NCBI GenBank assembly: GCA_964646575.1 | Contig: CAZYFT010000004.1 | Span: 1-59,275 of the forward strand | Reading direction: 5' to 3' | Source of the DNA: an uncultured Candidatus Saccharibacteria bacterium | GTDB taxonomy: Bacteria; Patescibacteriota; Saccharimonadia; CAILAD01; GCA-016700035 | Length of the DNA stretch: 59,275 nt | Shown: piece after piece, positions 25,148 through 35,532 of the stretch | Layout: every line of letters starts with the position of its first letter | Position numbering within the stretch: the first letter of the stretch is position 1 | The notes under the pieces: model-generated | Databases searched by the model: none | What the model saw: only the letters and a program-made list of their open reading frames with translations | Told to the model about the DNA's origin: nothing | Program-made: the position numbers and the translations under genes

Positions 25148-26803
25148 GTGAGCGTGGTAAAAACACCAAAATATATTTTTGTTACTGGAGGCGTTGTTTC
25201 GGGCTCCGGTAAAGGGATCACCGCAGCGTCAATCGGCGCTATTTTAAAAGCCAGAGGATTACGGGTCAACATTCAAAAAATGGACCCGTATTTTAATTTT
25301 GACGCCGGAACGCTCAATCCAGCAGAACATGGTGAAGTTTTTGTAACGGCTGATGGCGGTGAGACAGATTTAGATCTGGGGCACTATGAGCGCTTTATTG
25401 GCATTAGTTTAACGCGAAGTAGTTCTGTTATGAGCGGACAAGTATATGCGAAAGTGTTCGCCGATGAGCGCGATGGTGTCTTTTTAGGGAAAACAGTGCA
25501 AGTCATCCCGCACATTACCGATGAATACCAGCGTCGCATTATTGAAGCAGCCCGTGGCTTTGACGTGCTCATATGCGAGGTAGGTGGAACTATTGGTGAT
25601 TATGAGTCTTTGGCAGTCATAGAGGCGTTACGTCAATTTAAGCGCCACGTAGGGGCCGGAAACGTTCTGTACACACACGTGGTCTTTTTGCCATATCTCG
25701 CTGCCAGTAAGGAGATCAAAACCAAGCCGGCTCAGAATTCTGTGCGGGACCTCAGGGAGGCTGGTATTCAGCCGGATATCTTGGCTGTTCGCACCGATCA
25801 TGAATTAAAAGCCTCGGTATTTGAAAAGCTTTCTATGTACTGCGATGTAGATAAAGAAGCCATTGTTGGCTTGCCAACGCTGAAGAGTGTCTATGAAGTG
25901 CCGCTACGGATGGAGGAATCGGGCATAGGCAATTACATTATCGAACGATTAGGTTTGCGGGTTGCCGAGCCACAACTAGCCGACTGGTATGAACTAGCCG
26001 ATATTGTGAGTTCCAAGAAGCCTGAAGTCAGTATTGGCGTTGTCGCTAAGTATCTAGATCATGAAGATACTTATATGTCGGTTGTAGAAGCACTGAAGGC
26101 AGCCGGCTGGAAGCACGGGCGAGCCATTAAGGTAGTTTGGGTTAATGCCGAAAAACTGGTCGATTCGGTGAAACTGCTTGAGGGGCTAGATGGCATTTTG
26201 GTGCCGGGAGGTTTTGGCGAGCGGGGTGTAGCTGGTAAGATTGTTGCCGCGAAATTTGCTCGCGAAAACAAAGTGCCGTATCTAGGAATTTGCCTTGGTT
26301 TACAGATTGCGGTCATTGAAGCAGCGCGCAATTTGGTTGGCTTAGAGACCGCGCATTCACTCGAATTTGATCGTGACACCGAACATCATGTTGTGAGTTT
26401 AATGGAAGATCAACAGGGGGTGCGGCTAGGCGGCTCAATGCGATTGGGCGATTATCCAACCGCAGTCAAGAAGGGTACATTGGCGCATCGGCTGTATGGA
26501 GGGGACCTTATTCATGAACGTCATCGTCATCGTTATGAAGTAAATAATAGCTATCGTGATCGTTTAGAGGCCTCAGGAATGGTATTTTCAGGCCTTTCAC
26601 CAGATGGGAATTTGGTGGAAATGATTGAGTACCGAGATCATCCATTTTTCATCGCTAGCCAGTTCCATCCGGAGTTTACCTCGCGCCCGATGACGCCGAA
26701 TCCACTGTTTGATGGTTTTGTGGCAGCTGCCTCTCAGATTTTGCATTCCGAGACCGAGAAGTCTACAATAGACGTAACAACTATGCAGAGGAGGAAAGTC
26801 TAG
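25148..26803 (+). CDS. pyrG: CTP synthase
   Basis: YIFVTGGVVSGSGKGI, GATase nucleophile GICLGLQ and HRHRYEVN. The start is GTG 25148 or GTG 25154, after GGAGGGGAG. Confidence 0.96.
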   Translation: MSVVKTPKYIFVTGGVVSGSGKGITAASIGAILKARGLRVNIQKMDPYFNFDAGTLNPAEHGEVFVTADGGETDLDLGHYERFIGISLTRSSSVMSGQVYAKVFADERDGVFLGKTVQVIPHITDEYQRRIIEAARGFDVLICEVGGTIGDYESLAVIEALRQFKRHVGAGNVLYTHVVFLPYLAASKEIKTKPAQNSVRDLREAGIQPDILAVRTDHELKASVFEKLSMYCDVDKEAIVGLPTLKSVYEVPLRMEESGIGNYIIERLGLRVAEPQLADWYELADIVSSKKPEVSIGVVAKYLDHEDTYMSVVEALKAAGWKHGRAIKVVWVNAEKLVDSVKLLEGLDGILVPGGFGERGVAGKIVAAKFARENKVPYLGICLGLQIAVIEAARNLVGLETAHSLEFDRDTEHHVVSLMEDQQGVRLGGSMRLGDYPTAVKKGTLAHRLYGGDLIHERHRHRYEVNNSYRDRLEASGMVFSGLSPDGNLVEMIEYRDHPFFIASQFHPEFTSRPMTPNPLFDGFVAAASQILHSETEKSTIDVTTMQRRKV

Positions 26804-26807
26804 CAGT

Positions 26808-27239
26808 ATGACAGATAAGACACCAACCATTTTACTTGTAGAAGATGATGCAGAGCTCGCGAGCGTATACCGTGCTCGCTTTGAGGCTGAAGGCTTTAAT
26901 ACGGCCTGGGCAGAGAATGGCGAGAATGCATTAGCTCGAGTGGTTGAGTCAAAGCCCGACTTGATTTTGCTGGATGTCATGATGCCACGTGTATCAGGTT
27001 TTGATGTGCTTGATATCTTGCGAAATACACCGCAAACACAGCATGCCAAAATTATTATGATGTCCGCGCTGTCTAGTGATAAAGATATTGCTAAGGCTAA
27101 AGCACTCGGCGTTGATGATTACTTAGTAAAAAGTCAGGTGGCGATGGCAGATGTGGTGCACATCGTGCGTAAGCATCTTGGCATGGTAAAAGGAGCCGAT
27201 TCTTCATCAGCATCTACAGATCAGAAACCTGCAGCCTAG
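26808..27239 (+). CDS. Stand-alone response-regulator receiver domain protein
   Basis: 143 aa with ILLVEDD, the phospho-acceptor context LILLDVMMP and the conserved Lys context DDYLVKS. It has no output domain and no kinase is present in the window. Confidence 0.85.
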   Translation: MTDKTPTILLVEDDAELASVYRARFEAEGFNTAWAENGENALARVVESKPDLILLDVMMPRVSGFDVLDILRNTPQTQHAKIIMMSALSSDKDIAKAKALGVDDYLVKSQVAMADVVHIVRKHLGMVKGADSSSASTDQKPAA

Positions 27240-27256
27240 GGCTTTTAAAATGTACT

Positions 27257-27283
27257 AAAAAATCCCCGGTTAGGGGATTTTTT
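27257..27283. terminator. Bidirectional intrinsic terminator between the receiver gene (+) and rpmA (-)
   Basis: AAAAAATCCCC (27257-27267), loop GGTTA, GGGGATTTTTT (27273-27283). Confidence 0.8.
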
Positions 27284-27298
27284 AGTATGAGGTGTTCT

Positions 27299-27583
27299 CT
27301 ATGCTTCGGTTGGAGTTACAAAAACGACAGTTTTACGGCGTTTAGCACCAGAAAACAAGGTTTTGCGAGTTTGGCGGAAGCTTACTTGACCTTCTGTAGC
27401 GGCATGAATGGTGTAGTCCTTACCAAGAAAGGTGTTTTCTCCAGCTTCGTACTTATTGCCGCGCTGGCGTACGATAATGTCACCCGTAGTGACTTCTTGG
27501 CCACCAAAAAGCTTAACGCCGAGGCGTTTTGAACGTGAATCGCGACCGTTTTTAGTAGAGCCGCCGGCTTTAGTCTTTGACAT
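27299..27583 (-). CDS. rpmA: 50S ribosomal protein L27
   Basis: [29 protein letters not shown] is the canonical L27 N-terminus. Confidence 0.95.
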   Translation of the reverse strand: MSKTKAGGSTKNGRDSRSKRLGVKLFGGQEVTTGDIIVRQRGNKYEAGENTFLGKDYTIHAATEGQVSFRQTRKTLFSGAKRRKTVVFVTPTEA

Positions 27584-27593
27584 ACTGCTTGAT

Positions 27594-28772
27594 CTATCCT
27601 TTCCTAAGCTTGATAATTGCGCGCCCGACGGTTTGGTGTGGTCGTCGATAAATCAGCGTAGTGGCTGAATCTGGCGCAAACTGTTCAACAGTATACCCCA
27701 TATCTGGTAAATCGTCAAGGATTGGTAGGTAGATTGGTTGTTGTGAGTTTGAGGAGAACCAAACCGGTAGGGCAAAGACGATGGTGAGCGGCCCAGGAAA
27801 TTGTGATAGATTTGAAAAAAAGCTGCGATAGAGCGGTAAGAGATTATGGGCTTCTTCTCGTAGCCGTTTTTCGCTGACATCTCGAAGATCTGGGTTACCG
27901 AGGTAGCCCTCACTTACAATATGGCTTGTTTGCCCGGGAAGCTGGACAGTTTGTGCGTCAGCCTGGAAGATTTCAGTGAGTTTTTTCTGAGCACCAATCT
28001 GGTTCTGCATCCAGTCGACATTTTCCAGTGCGGCCCGAACCATATCGGGCGCAGCATCACTACCTGATATATCGGCACCCTTCAAGAGAGCTTCAGTTAA
28101 GATAACACCCGTACCGCAGAAAGGATCATGTACATGGCTTTGTGGAGTTACGTTTGCTAAATTAAGCATGCTTTGGGCAAGTTTCGGGGGAAGCATCCCG
28201 ACTCGAGCATCACGAGCTGGTCGTTCTCGATCTCGTTTGGTATAAGACCGAATGTCTTGCTGCCAATGGGTTACTCCAGCTAGCCAGCTGCCATTGTGGT
28301 GCAGCACCAAAATTTCATGATTTGGTGGAGTAAGTAGGCGGCTTCCCTGCAGGTGGCCGGCGTTCAAGAACGTTCCACTTTGCGGGAATACTATGCGAGG
28401 CCGTTTGCCTTTTTGAGATGCGTATTCTTCTTTGAGGGATTTGCCGAAACTTTTTATGTCACGAGGTGAAAGTGATGGACTTGAAAGTCCGAGGCTTACC
28501 TTGCCGGTTCGTGGAGGGGCAGGAAGTGATGTTGTGAGTGTGGTGATGAGCTCTGGTTTACTGGCGGCTTCAGCTATGATGGCGCCAGCTCGAACTGCGC
28601 CTCCAAGGGTGTCCCAGTTTGGCGGTGTCGCCGTGCCAATTGCGACAGAGTCAACAAACACCACGGCATCTGGCGAAGTTACAGTGGTTAGTTCGGCACG
28701 AACAACTGCTTTTTCGCGTCCTAATAATACAAACCATTTCATGTAGTTCATCATAGCATTACTGGAGTACAT
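27594..28772 (-). CDS. SAM-dependent methyltransferase with an N-terminal RNA-binding-like domain (Trm11/UPF0020-like, probable RNA guanine-N2 or adenine-N6 MTase)
   Basis: Motif [16 protein letters not shown] and a variant motif IV, SEGYLG. The likely true start is Met11 (nt 28742, MKWFVLLG). Confidence 0.65.
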   Translation of the reverse strand: MYSSNAMMNYMKWFVLLGREKAVVRAELTTVTSPDAVVFVDSVAIGTATPPNWDTLGGAVRAGAIIAEAASKPELITTLTTSLPAPPRTGKVSLGLSSPSLSPRDIKSFGKSLKEEYASQKGKRPRIVFPQSGTFLNAGHLQGSRLLTPPNHEILVLHHNGSWLAGVTHWQQDIRSYTKRDRERPARDARVGMLPPKLAQSMLNLANVTPQSHVHDPFCGTGVILTEALLKGADISGSDAAPDMVRAALENVDWMQNQIGAQKKLTEIFQADAQTVQLPGQTSHIVSEGYLGNPDLRDVSEKRLREEAHNLLPLYRSFFSNLSQFPGPLTIVFALPVWFSSNSQQPIYLPILDDLPDMGYTVEQFAPDSATTLIYRRPHQTVGRAIIKLRKG

Positions 28773-28812
28773 TGCAGTCGCAAAATTGAACCAAACCCCG
28801 TAGTATAGAGGT

Positions 28813-29829
28813 ATGAAGTTACGTCATTTTGCGTTTTTCGTGGCGTTAGTACTCTTGGGGCTGCTGTTTTTACGTAATGCAGGGCAGCTCCAGCAATTTA
28901 TTTCCCTCATGAAAGAGCTCAATATCTGGGTGCTGCTTTTGGTGCTTCCCGTGCGCTTCGGCTATTATTGGGCGAGTACACGGTTTTATGACCATTTCTT
29001 TAGCGGACTCTACAAGAAGCGCATCCCGTTTTGGCGCTTGTTTGAGGGGGTGGTGAGTATGAATTTTGTAAACACGGTTGTGCCCACGGGTGGTGTTTCT
29101 GGAGCAGCTTACTTTGCTCAGATTTTTCGGTCTAAGATTTCTCAGAAGCAATCGTTTATTGCGCAATTCTTTTGGTATATTGCAACGTTTTTGAGTTTGG
29201 TAGTAGTTTTGGCAGTAAGTTTTCTCGTGTTGTTTTTCTCGCAATCAATTATCCAGGTGAGTTATCGCTTGATACTTATTGTAGTAAGTCTGTTATTGTT
29301 TGTGGCTTTCTGTGTTATCGCCATGACGCTGAATCCACATTTGTTTGAGCGGGTGCTTTTTTATGCTACTCGGCCTATTAATTGGGTACTGAAGCTACTG
29401 CGCAAAGGTAAAATTGGCGAGCGTCAAACCACTCAGTTTGTAGGGGGTTACCGTACCTTGATTGAGCTTTTCGCTAAGGACCCGCGGCGGGCTTTGCGGC
29501 CGTTAAGCGATGCGCTGCTCTGTATTATGTTTGAGGTCTTGAGTATCTTTATTGTGTTCTTAGCATTCGGACAGGTGGTGAATCCAGGCATGGTTGGTGC
29601 TGCGTATGTCTTCGCACTATTAATGTCGTCCCTGTCATTCTTCACATCTGGAGTAGGCATGTATGAAGCTACAATGGTGGCCGTCGAAGTTGCCCTGGGT
29701 ATACCGTTTGGCTTGGCGTTCTCAGTGACAACTATTTACCGCTTGATGGCGCTGTGGCTGTTTATCCCGGTGGGCTTGTGGTTTTATAAACGCCAGGTTC
29801 TCGATGACGAGGAAAAGACGAATGTCTGA
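28813..29829 (+). CDS. Polytopic membrane protein, flippase-like / lysylphosphatidylglycerol-synthase-TM-region family (tentative)
   Basis: 338 aa with about 8 predicted TM helices. The N-terminus (MKLRHFAFFVALVLLGLLFL...) and size resemble UPF0104-type proteins. No catalytic motif is present. Confidence 0.55.
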   Translation: MKLRHFAFFVALVLLGLLFLRNAGQLQQFISLMKELNIWVLLLVLPVRFGYYWASTRFYDHFFSGLYKKRIPFWRLFEGVVSMNFVNTVVPTGGVSGAAYFAQIFRSKISQKQSFIAQFFWYIATFLSLVVVLAVSFLVLFFSQSIIQVSYRLILIVVSLLLFVAFCVIAMTLNPHLFERVLFYATRPINWVLKLLRKGKIGERQTTQFVGGYRTLIELFAKDPRRALRPLSDALLCIMFEVLSIFIVFLAFGQVVNPGMVGAAYVFALLMSSLSFFTSGVGMYEATMVAVEVALGIPFGLAFSVTTIYRLMALWLFIPVGLWFYKRQVLDDEEKTNV

Positions 29830-31027
29830 AGAAGTCCTCTCGGTTACCGAGTTACGCGAATTTGTGAATCAAACCTTGAGCTACGCTTATCCGCTGGTGG
29901 TGGTTGAGGGTGAAATTTCTGGTTTTCGAATCAATCAGGGTAAATGGGTGTTCTTTGACCTCAAAGACAGCGAGACAACAATCAGCTGTTTTATGACCAA
30001 ATATCAGCTTAAAACGGTGCTCGAAGATGGCATGCTTGTGCGGGTTGCGGCAACACCAAATCTTACAAAATGGGGTAAGTTTTCTCTCACTGTGAAAGAG
30101 GTTGAGCTAGCTGGTGAGGGTGAAGTTATGCGGGCATATGAGCTACTTAAGGCGCAATTTGAAAAAGAAGGGTTGTTTGATGTTGCGCGCAAGCGAAGTT
30201 TGCCGGAGTATCCGCAAAAAATTGGCCTTATCACAAGCCGAGATGCCGCTGCTTACAATGATTTCATCACCATCGCTGAAGATCGCTGGCCATTAGCGGA
30301 GGTTGAACATATACATGTGCATGTTCAGGGGATGCAGGCGCCAACCGATGTTGTGCGGGCACTGCGGCAATTCAATGACGAACGACCGGACCTGGAGGCA
30401 ATTGTCTTGATCCGCGGTGGGGGCAGCGCTGAAGACTTGCAGGCCTTCCATCATGAAGATGTTGTGCGGGCTGTATACGCCAGTCATATCCCAGTTATCG
30501 TTGGGATTGGCCATGAGGATGATGTAAGTCTGGCTGAATTGGCAGCTGATGTGCGGGCTTCTACCCCAACCGATGCGGCTCGGCGACTTTTACCCGACAA
30601 GCGAGAGGTTGCCAGTCATATTGACCGACTTGCTGGGCGTAATGCCGCCGGCGTTCGGTTTCACTTTGAGCGAGTAGAGCGAATTATCACCGTGTTTGGC
30701 CACCAGCAGTCTAGGCTGACGGCTCAACTCGCAGATAAAATTGAACGAGCAGAAGAGCGTATGCGACGGTCGCTCGATCGGTGCCTGGATACACTCGGTC
30801 ATCGTTTGGCTTTGGCGCAACGAACGCTTGCTGGTGTGAACCCAGAGCGTATTTTGGCTCGAGGCTACGCAATTGTGCGGCAAGATACAAAAGTCTTGCA
30901 TGCGCCAGCCGGCGTACTGCCGAATGTGCCGATTCTGGTACAATTACATAAAGGCACTTTAGAAGTGGTGCTTCGAGGAAAGGAGGATATGGATGACGAA
31001 ACCCAAACCAGTCTCGAGTTTTCGTGA
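29822..31027 (+). CDS. xseA: Exodeoxyribonuclease VII large subunit
   Basis: N-terminal OB fold (LSVTELREFVNQTL...VVVEGEISGFR), IRGGGSAEDL and a C-terminal helical tail. ATG 29822 overlaps the previous stop (ATGTCTGA). Confidence 0.9.
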   Translation: MSEEVLSVTELREFVNQTLSYAYPLVVVEGEISGFRINQGKWVFFDLKDSETTISCFMTKYQLKTVLEDGMLVRVAATPNLTKWGKFSLTVKEVELAGEGEVMRAYELLKAQFEKEGLFDVARKRSLPEYPQKIGLITSRDAAAYNDFITIAEDRWPLAEVEHIHVHVQGMQAPTDVVRALRQFNDERPDLEAIVLIRGGGSAEDLQAFHHEDVVRAVYASHIPVIVGIGHEDDVSLAELAADVRASTPTDAARRLLPDKREVASHIDRLAGRNAAGVRFHFERVERIITVFGHQQSRLTAQLADKIERAEERMRRSLDRCLDTLGHRLALAQRTLAGVNPERILARGYAIVRQDTKVLHAPAGVLPNVPILVQLHKGTLEVVLRGKEDMDDETQTSLEFS

Positions 31028-31220
31028 AGATCTCGCTGAGCTAGAGGGAATTACTCAGTCGCTGGAGAGCGATGGAGTGGATTTAGAAGAAGCGCTACGT
31101 TCGTTTGAGCGGGGTAGTGAGTTAGTTACAAAGCTTAAAAGTCAGTTGGAAGTGGCTCAGTTGCGAGTCAAGGAGATTCAGGCCAGCGCCAATACTGAAG
31201 ACACCGATAAAAGAGACTAG
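30993..31220 (+). CDS. xseB: Exodeoxyribonuclease VII small subunit
   Basis: 75 aa (FREDLAELEGITQSLESDGVDLEEALRSFERGSELVTKLKSQL), with an AGGAGGA SD at 30981-30987. Confidence 0.87.
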   Translation: MTKPKPVSSFREDLAELEGITQSLESDGVDLEEALRSFERGSELVTKLKSQLEVAQLRVKEIQASANTEDTDKRD

Positions 31221-31248
31221 ACAAAAAATTATAAATATGGTATAGTTC

Positions 31249-31668
31249 GTGATTATGCATCACGATTACGCCACAATTCTATTAAAACAACATGCTAATG
31301 TAGCTTCTGAGAGCACAGCGGCTCACGCTATGAAAGTCCTTGACCGACATGTGCTCGAGCTTTTTGGTACAGATTCGCGTGAATTCGCTCAACAGCTCTT
31401 ACCAGGTATGACCCGTCGTCGGCTTGGCAACCGCTTCGGTCTGCATCGGCCAGTTCCTAAGGGTGATGCTGTGTCATATACGACTTTTCTTGAAAAGATA
31501 CGGAAAGACCTGGGATTAACTGACGACAGCGAAGCTGAAATGTACTTTGATGCCTATATGCAGAGCCACATGAGCTTGATGACAACGAGCGCTCGCCTCG
31601 AGTTTGCCACTATTTGTGAAGGTGATGTCTTGCGGGCGTATTTGCGCGCGGTTGACGCACTCGTTTAA
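31249..31668 (+). CDS. Hypothetical protein (139 aa, helical; faint resemblance to DUF2267-type proteins)
   Basis: ORF with native composition. No motif was recognised with confidence. Confidence 0.55.
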   Translation: MIMHHDYATILLKQHANVASESTAAHAMKVLDRHVLELFGTDSREFAQQLLPGMTRRRLGNRFGLHRPVPKGDAVSYTTFLEKIRKDLGLTDDSEAEMYFDAYMQSHMSLMTTSARLEFATICEGDVLRAYLRAVDALV

Positions 31669-31689
31669 TTCTTACTAAATAGGAGGGAT

Positions 31690-32520
31690 ATGTCGCATAT
31701 TTTGCAGCTAGATAAGCTAGAAGATGATTCTGCTCTATTCGCTCTAGCTCTCGGTCCGGCAACCCGTACGAGTATCGCGCTCTGTGGCGGTAGTCCACGT
31801 GGATTTGCTGACATTTCGCTGCTTTTTGGTGTCTGGCAGGCTCTTCGTTTACCAATTTCATTGGTTGTACCAGCTGGTGTGGAGCGCTTTTTGCCTGGTG
31901 GGATCCCTCAAGCATCAATGGACGGCGATGTCCGTAAACAGCGTGAGCTCACAGCTTGGCAATTGATCGATAGTGCTGGCTTTGTGGTTGTGGGGCCAAA
32001 CATGCAGCTCACGAGCTCTGAACAGGTGATGTACGCTCGTTTACTACCGAATACTACTGTGCCGGTAATACTGACAGACGAATCTCTCTCGTTGTGGAGT
32101 ATTGATTCGGGCATTCAAGGGAATACTCACATTACTTGGCTTGCAAGTACAGATCGCGTTGAGAAAATGCAGTTTACGCAGGGGCAGAAAATTATTAAGG
32201 CACGGGGAATTTTTGGAGTTGTCGAATTTTTACGAAATCTTCAACTACAACAAGACTTCGTGATGCTATATGATGCGGTGAATCTGTATAGCTACATTCC
32301 TGCTAGCGACATATTGATACATACCCCACTACAAGGATCACAAAAACAGGCTCGGAATTTGGTGCTAGCTCTCTTGCCGGTTACAGTTTTTGCTCGTTCT
32401 CGTGGGGTAGCATTACAGGAGCGACTGAGGGTATTGCACTATCTTTTTAGTAGTATCGGAGAAGATACTATAGGCGATCCAGCTGTGTGGCCCGCACAGA
32501 TAAAGCGGGCATTGTCTTAG
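31690..32520 (+). CDS. Hypothetical protein (276 aa)
   Basis: AGGAGGG SD before ATG 31690. It has a Rossmann-like alternation of strands and helices but no diagnostic motif. Confidence 0.6.
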   Translation: MSHILQLDKLEDDSALFALALGPATRTSIALCGGSPRGFADISLLFGVWQALRLPISLVVPAGVERFLPGGIPQASMDGDVRKQRELTAWQLIDSAGFVVVGPNMQLTSSEQVMYARLLPNTTVPVILTDESLSLWSIDSGIQGNTHITWLASTDRVEKMQFTQGQKIIKARGIFGVVEFLRNLQLQQDFVMLYDAVNLYSYIPASDILIHTPLQGSQKQARNLVLALLPVTVFARSRGVALQERLRVLHYLFSSIGEDTIGDPAVWPAQIKRALS

Positions 32521-33803
32521 ACGGCTTCAGGGAGATAGTTTCGGGCCGGTGTCTGCGAGGGGTTTGGTGTAGGGGCTGTGCTTCTCGTAGCTTCATCTCC
32601 TCCCATACCGATAAAACGAAGGATTTGATCAAAGAATGATGGTGCATTGCCAGGCAGTGCGGCGTCATTTGTGTTATCGGCAGCAGCAATTTGGGGCTGT
32701 TGTTCGGGGCGAGTCGGAGAAGGCTCAATTTGGTTGGCGGTGATGATGAGTCGTTTCCAGCTCGTTCCGGGAGGAGTACAGGTGATAAGAGTGAGAATGG
32801 GGTCGGTAGTAGGTTGCAATACGGAGATCTCGGTCGGGGCGACGATTTTCTTGCCAGCTACCTGATACACGTAGCGTTTTTTCTGATAGTTCACTTGGAT
32901 TTGATCGCCAGGTTCGAGCTTTTCAAGCAGTGCAAAGACAAACTTATAATTACCCGGCTCCCACCAGTCGTTTGAAGAGTGTCCAACAATAACTGAATTA
33001 CTAGGCTCTCCTGGTAGGGCCGTGCCGGCGTAGTGTACAACACCATTGCGTAGCGCATTTTGGATTGATTCTTCGGCAATAGATGGTTCAAAAATGATCG
33101 GTGCGTTTACATTGAGCTTAGGGATAATGATCACATCTGGCGAATCAACAGGTTGGGCGGCATTTGTGGAGGCAACGGGTGAAACGGTCGGTGTAGCAAC
33201 AGGTGCGGTGGCTGTTTGAGGTGGGGTGGCGCTAAAGACATTGCAGATAGCATCAATTTTTGTTTGGTAGCAGAGTTGTACGCCAATAGTGCCAAAATTA
33301 AAGACAAACATAAAGACCGCAAATGAGACTAGGCCCACTCCGGCATAGCGAAGATTTTTGCCAGAGAATATCGAGCCCAGTTTTAGCTTGAGGGCAATCT
33401 TGCCAAGTAGCGTGGTGGCTTTGGTTTTTTCTTTTTCTACCTGTAAGCCGTGGGCGGTGAAAGTGTCAAAATTAGGTGAGAGATTGAAGCGAATTTTTGG
33501 CAGTGCTGCTGGGGCCTGTGGAGCCGCCGGCAGAGGGGCTTCAACCGGGGCGCCAATTTCGGCTAAATCGACCCTATGGGCGTTGCCTTGCGGGTTGCGA
33601 AATACGGGTATCTCCGGGCTGGCCTGAGCGGTTGAGGGTTTACTGACGGGCTTATCTGGTAGGGTTGGCGTTGCAGCTTCCGAAAAACTCATCGACTTTG
33701 GTGCCGGGGTGGAGTTGGAAAGATCACTAAAATTCAGCGTTCCGTGCTGCTTGGCCGGATCCGCCGATTGATCTTTTTTGTCATTAGGGTATGGTGTAGA
33801 CAT
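32517..33803 (-). CDS. Sortase-family transpeptidase with a long Pro-rich N-terminal region and a TM anchor
   Basis: Catalytic His context VIVGHSS, Cys context LTLITCTPPG and TM YAGVGLVSFAVFMFVFNF. This gives a sortase fold at the C-terminus. Confidence 0.85.
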   Translation of the reverse strand: MSTPYPNDKKDQSADPAKQHGTLNFSDLSNSTPAPKSMSFSEAATPTLPDKPVSKPSTAQASPEIPVFRNPQGNAHRVDLAEIGAPVEAPLPAAPQAPAALPKIRFNLSPNFDTFTAHGLQVEKEKTKATTLLGKIALKLKLGSIFSGKNLRYAGVGLVSFAVFMFVFNFGTIGVQLCYQTKIDAICNVFSATPPQTATAPVATPTVSPVASTNAAQPVDSPDVIIIPKLNVNAPIIFEPSIAEESIQNALRNGVVHYAGTALPGEPSNSVIVGHSSNDWWEPGNYKFVFALLEKLEPGDQIQVNYQKKRYVYQVAGKKIVAPTEISVLQPTTDPILTLITCTPPGTSWKRLIITANQIEPSPTRPEQQPQIAAADNTNDAALPGNAPSFFDQILRFIGMGGDEATRSTAPTPNPSQTPARNYLPEAV

Positions 33804-33848
33804 AGTCTATCGTATTATAATACATCCGCACCCTTTCTAACAGATTGA

Positions 33849-33935
33849 GCCAGAGTGGTGGAACTGGTAGACACGCACGACTCAAAATCGTGTGCGGGCA
33901 ACTGCGTGTGGGTTCGAGTCCCACCTCTGGCACCA
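33849..33935 (+). tRNA. tRNA-Leu (anticodon CAA), class II with long variable arm, CCA encoded
   Basis: Acceptor GCCAGAG/CTCTGGC, anticodon arm CACGA-CTCAAAA-TCGTG (anticodon CAA), variable arm TGCGGGCAACTGCGT, T arm GTGGG-TTCGAGT-CCCAC, discriminator A and CCA at 33933-33935. Confidence 0.93.
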
Positions 33936-33966
33936 AAAAACGTCTTCTTATGCGAGAGGGCGTTTT

Positions 33967-35436
33967 TTATTCGGAGAATTTTTCGGGATCAATGTACGAC
34001 TGAGTAAAGAGTAATTTGGTATCTTGGGTGGTGATATTGAGTAATGTTTTGTTTTCTGAGAATAAAATTGGCGAGCTGGGCATGAGTGAGTCGGCGACGA
34101 GCTCGCTATTTTGGCCGTCGTAGTCAACAAGCTTAAGGCTTGTTCCCAGCTTGAGCGCGAGGTGTTGGTCGTTCATCCAAGCCCAGTCGGCCAGCCCTTC
34201 TAAAGAGGTGTTGGCCCGATAGCGTTTAAAGCGTTCAAAGTCCAGCGTCACCATTTGGTCGCTGGCATTGTGGGTGAGAAACCGATTGTTTGGACTGGCG
34301 GTTATGGCACTTACATTGCGGCCAATGGCGCTTGCAGTGCGGTTGCCTGGATTGCGCAAAATTCCGGTGTAAAGGGTGAGGATTTTTGTATCCTTGTTGA
34401 GGAGTGCGATATAGTCGCGATCCAGCGCTCGGATGTAGCGAGTGTCGAACGACTGACCGTTGAGTGGTAGTGTAGCTATTTCGTTATTGGTACTTGCATC
34501 GATTGGTCGAATAAAGAGTTTTTGCGTGGTTGTAGCTGGCTGATTTGCGGTTACTTGAGAGCTTACAAATACGAGCCATTCTTCGGACCAGCGGGCCGAG
34601 ACTACATTTTCGGCAAGCGCTTCTGAGATGTTTTTCTCACGGATTTGGGCACGTCGGAGGGTGCCTTTTTCGATGTAGGAAATTTCATTATTACCTCGTG
34701 GCACCCAGCTGATCCAGGTTGGGTTGAAGAGGAGAGTTTGTGTAAGGTTGGTGATGGTTGGTTGGCTCGCTGGTGCAGCCCCGGCTGTTAGCCACGCGAC
34801 ACTCCCGCTTTCGGTGCTAACCCGAAATACTATCTGACTTGCATCATCTGAGAACTGTATGTTGTCTAGCTGCGTAACGGGACCTCCGGCCGCCGCCGAG
34901 AGTTGGCTATTGGTGAGAAGTATTACTGGCGGACGCTTAAGATCGGTTGATGTGTAGAGCGAGGGGCTGCTTGGTTGGGTACTATCAACCAAGATGAAAC
35001 GCTTACGATCTTCTGTTTGGTAAGCCTGAGAAATCTGTAGGCTTTCGTAGCGATTTCTTTGCGGAATGTCGTTTGGAATCAGCCAAGCATGGTCCGAGAA
35101 GGTCACTTGGCCGGCTTGCACTGAAGTGGCACTTGTCCAGGGGCGGAATTGATCTTTCTCGTATCGAATTGTGTATTCTCCAACTGGAGCAGAAGAATAG
35201 CGGTAATTGGTTTTTTGGCGCAGAACTTTGTCATTGAGGGTTATTGTGGCGCCGTTTGGCTCACTTCCCATAAGAATCAGGCCAGTTTCAGTGATTTCGC
35301 CAGTAACAATGTTGTACTGCCAGCCATTAGCGATAGCTACAAGTAAAAGGGTACCAGCAACAACAACGGTACCTCCAATTAAATATGCGAGAATATCACG
35401 GGTTTTTTTTGAAATCTTCATAGGGCGTAGGGGCAT
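33967..35436 (-). CDS. Membrane-anchored protein with a PEGA-like domain followed by a probable beta-propeller region
   Basis: N-terminal TM (ILAYLIGGTVVVAGTLLLVAI), a PEGA-like segment (GSEPNGATITLNDKVLRQKTNYRYSSAPVGEYTIRYEKDQFRPW), then ~350 aa of beta-rich repeats. Confidence 0.65.
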   Translation of the reverse strand: MPLRPMKISKKTRDILAYLIGGTVVVAGTLLLVAIANGWQYNIVTGEITETGLILMGSEPNGATITLNDKVLRQKTNYRYSSAPVGEYTIRYEKDQFRPWTSATSVQAGQVTFSDHAWLIPNDIPQRNRYESLQISQAYQTEDRKRFILVDSTQPSSPSLYTSTDLKRPPVILLTNSQLSAAAGGPVTQLDNIQFSDDASQIVFRVSTESGSVAWLTAGAAPASQPTITNLTQTLLFNPTWISWVPRGNNEISYIEKGTLRRAQIREKNISEALAENVVSARWSEEWLVFVSSQVTANQPATTTQKLFIRPIDASTNNEIATLPLNGQSFDTRYIRALDRDYIALLNKDTKILTLYTGILRNPGNRTASAIGRNVSAITASPNNRFLTHNASDQMVTLDFERFKRYRANTSLEGLADWAWMNDQHLALKLGTSLKLVDYDGQNSELVADSLMPSSPILFSENKTLLNITTQDTKLLFTQSYIDPEKFSE

Positions 35437-35519
35437 CTGCCTCAGTGGCCTAAATTATAGCAGAAAAGCCTTGCCAACAAGCTGTTTTTTGCTATCTGGA
35501 GTGAAGCGATGTTTTTCTA

Positions 35520-35525
35520 TACAAT
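35520..35525 (+). promoter_or_regulatory. -10 box TACAAT 7 nt upstream of the mreB ATG (probable leaderless start)
   Basis: TACAAT at 35520-35525, ATG at 35533, no SD. Confidence 0.4.
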
Positions 35526-35532
35526 GGTAGCT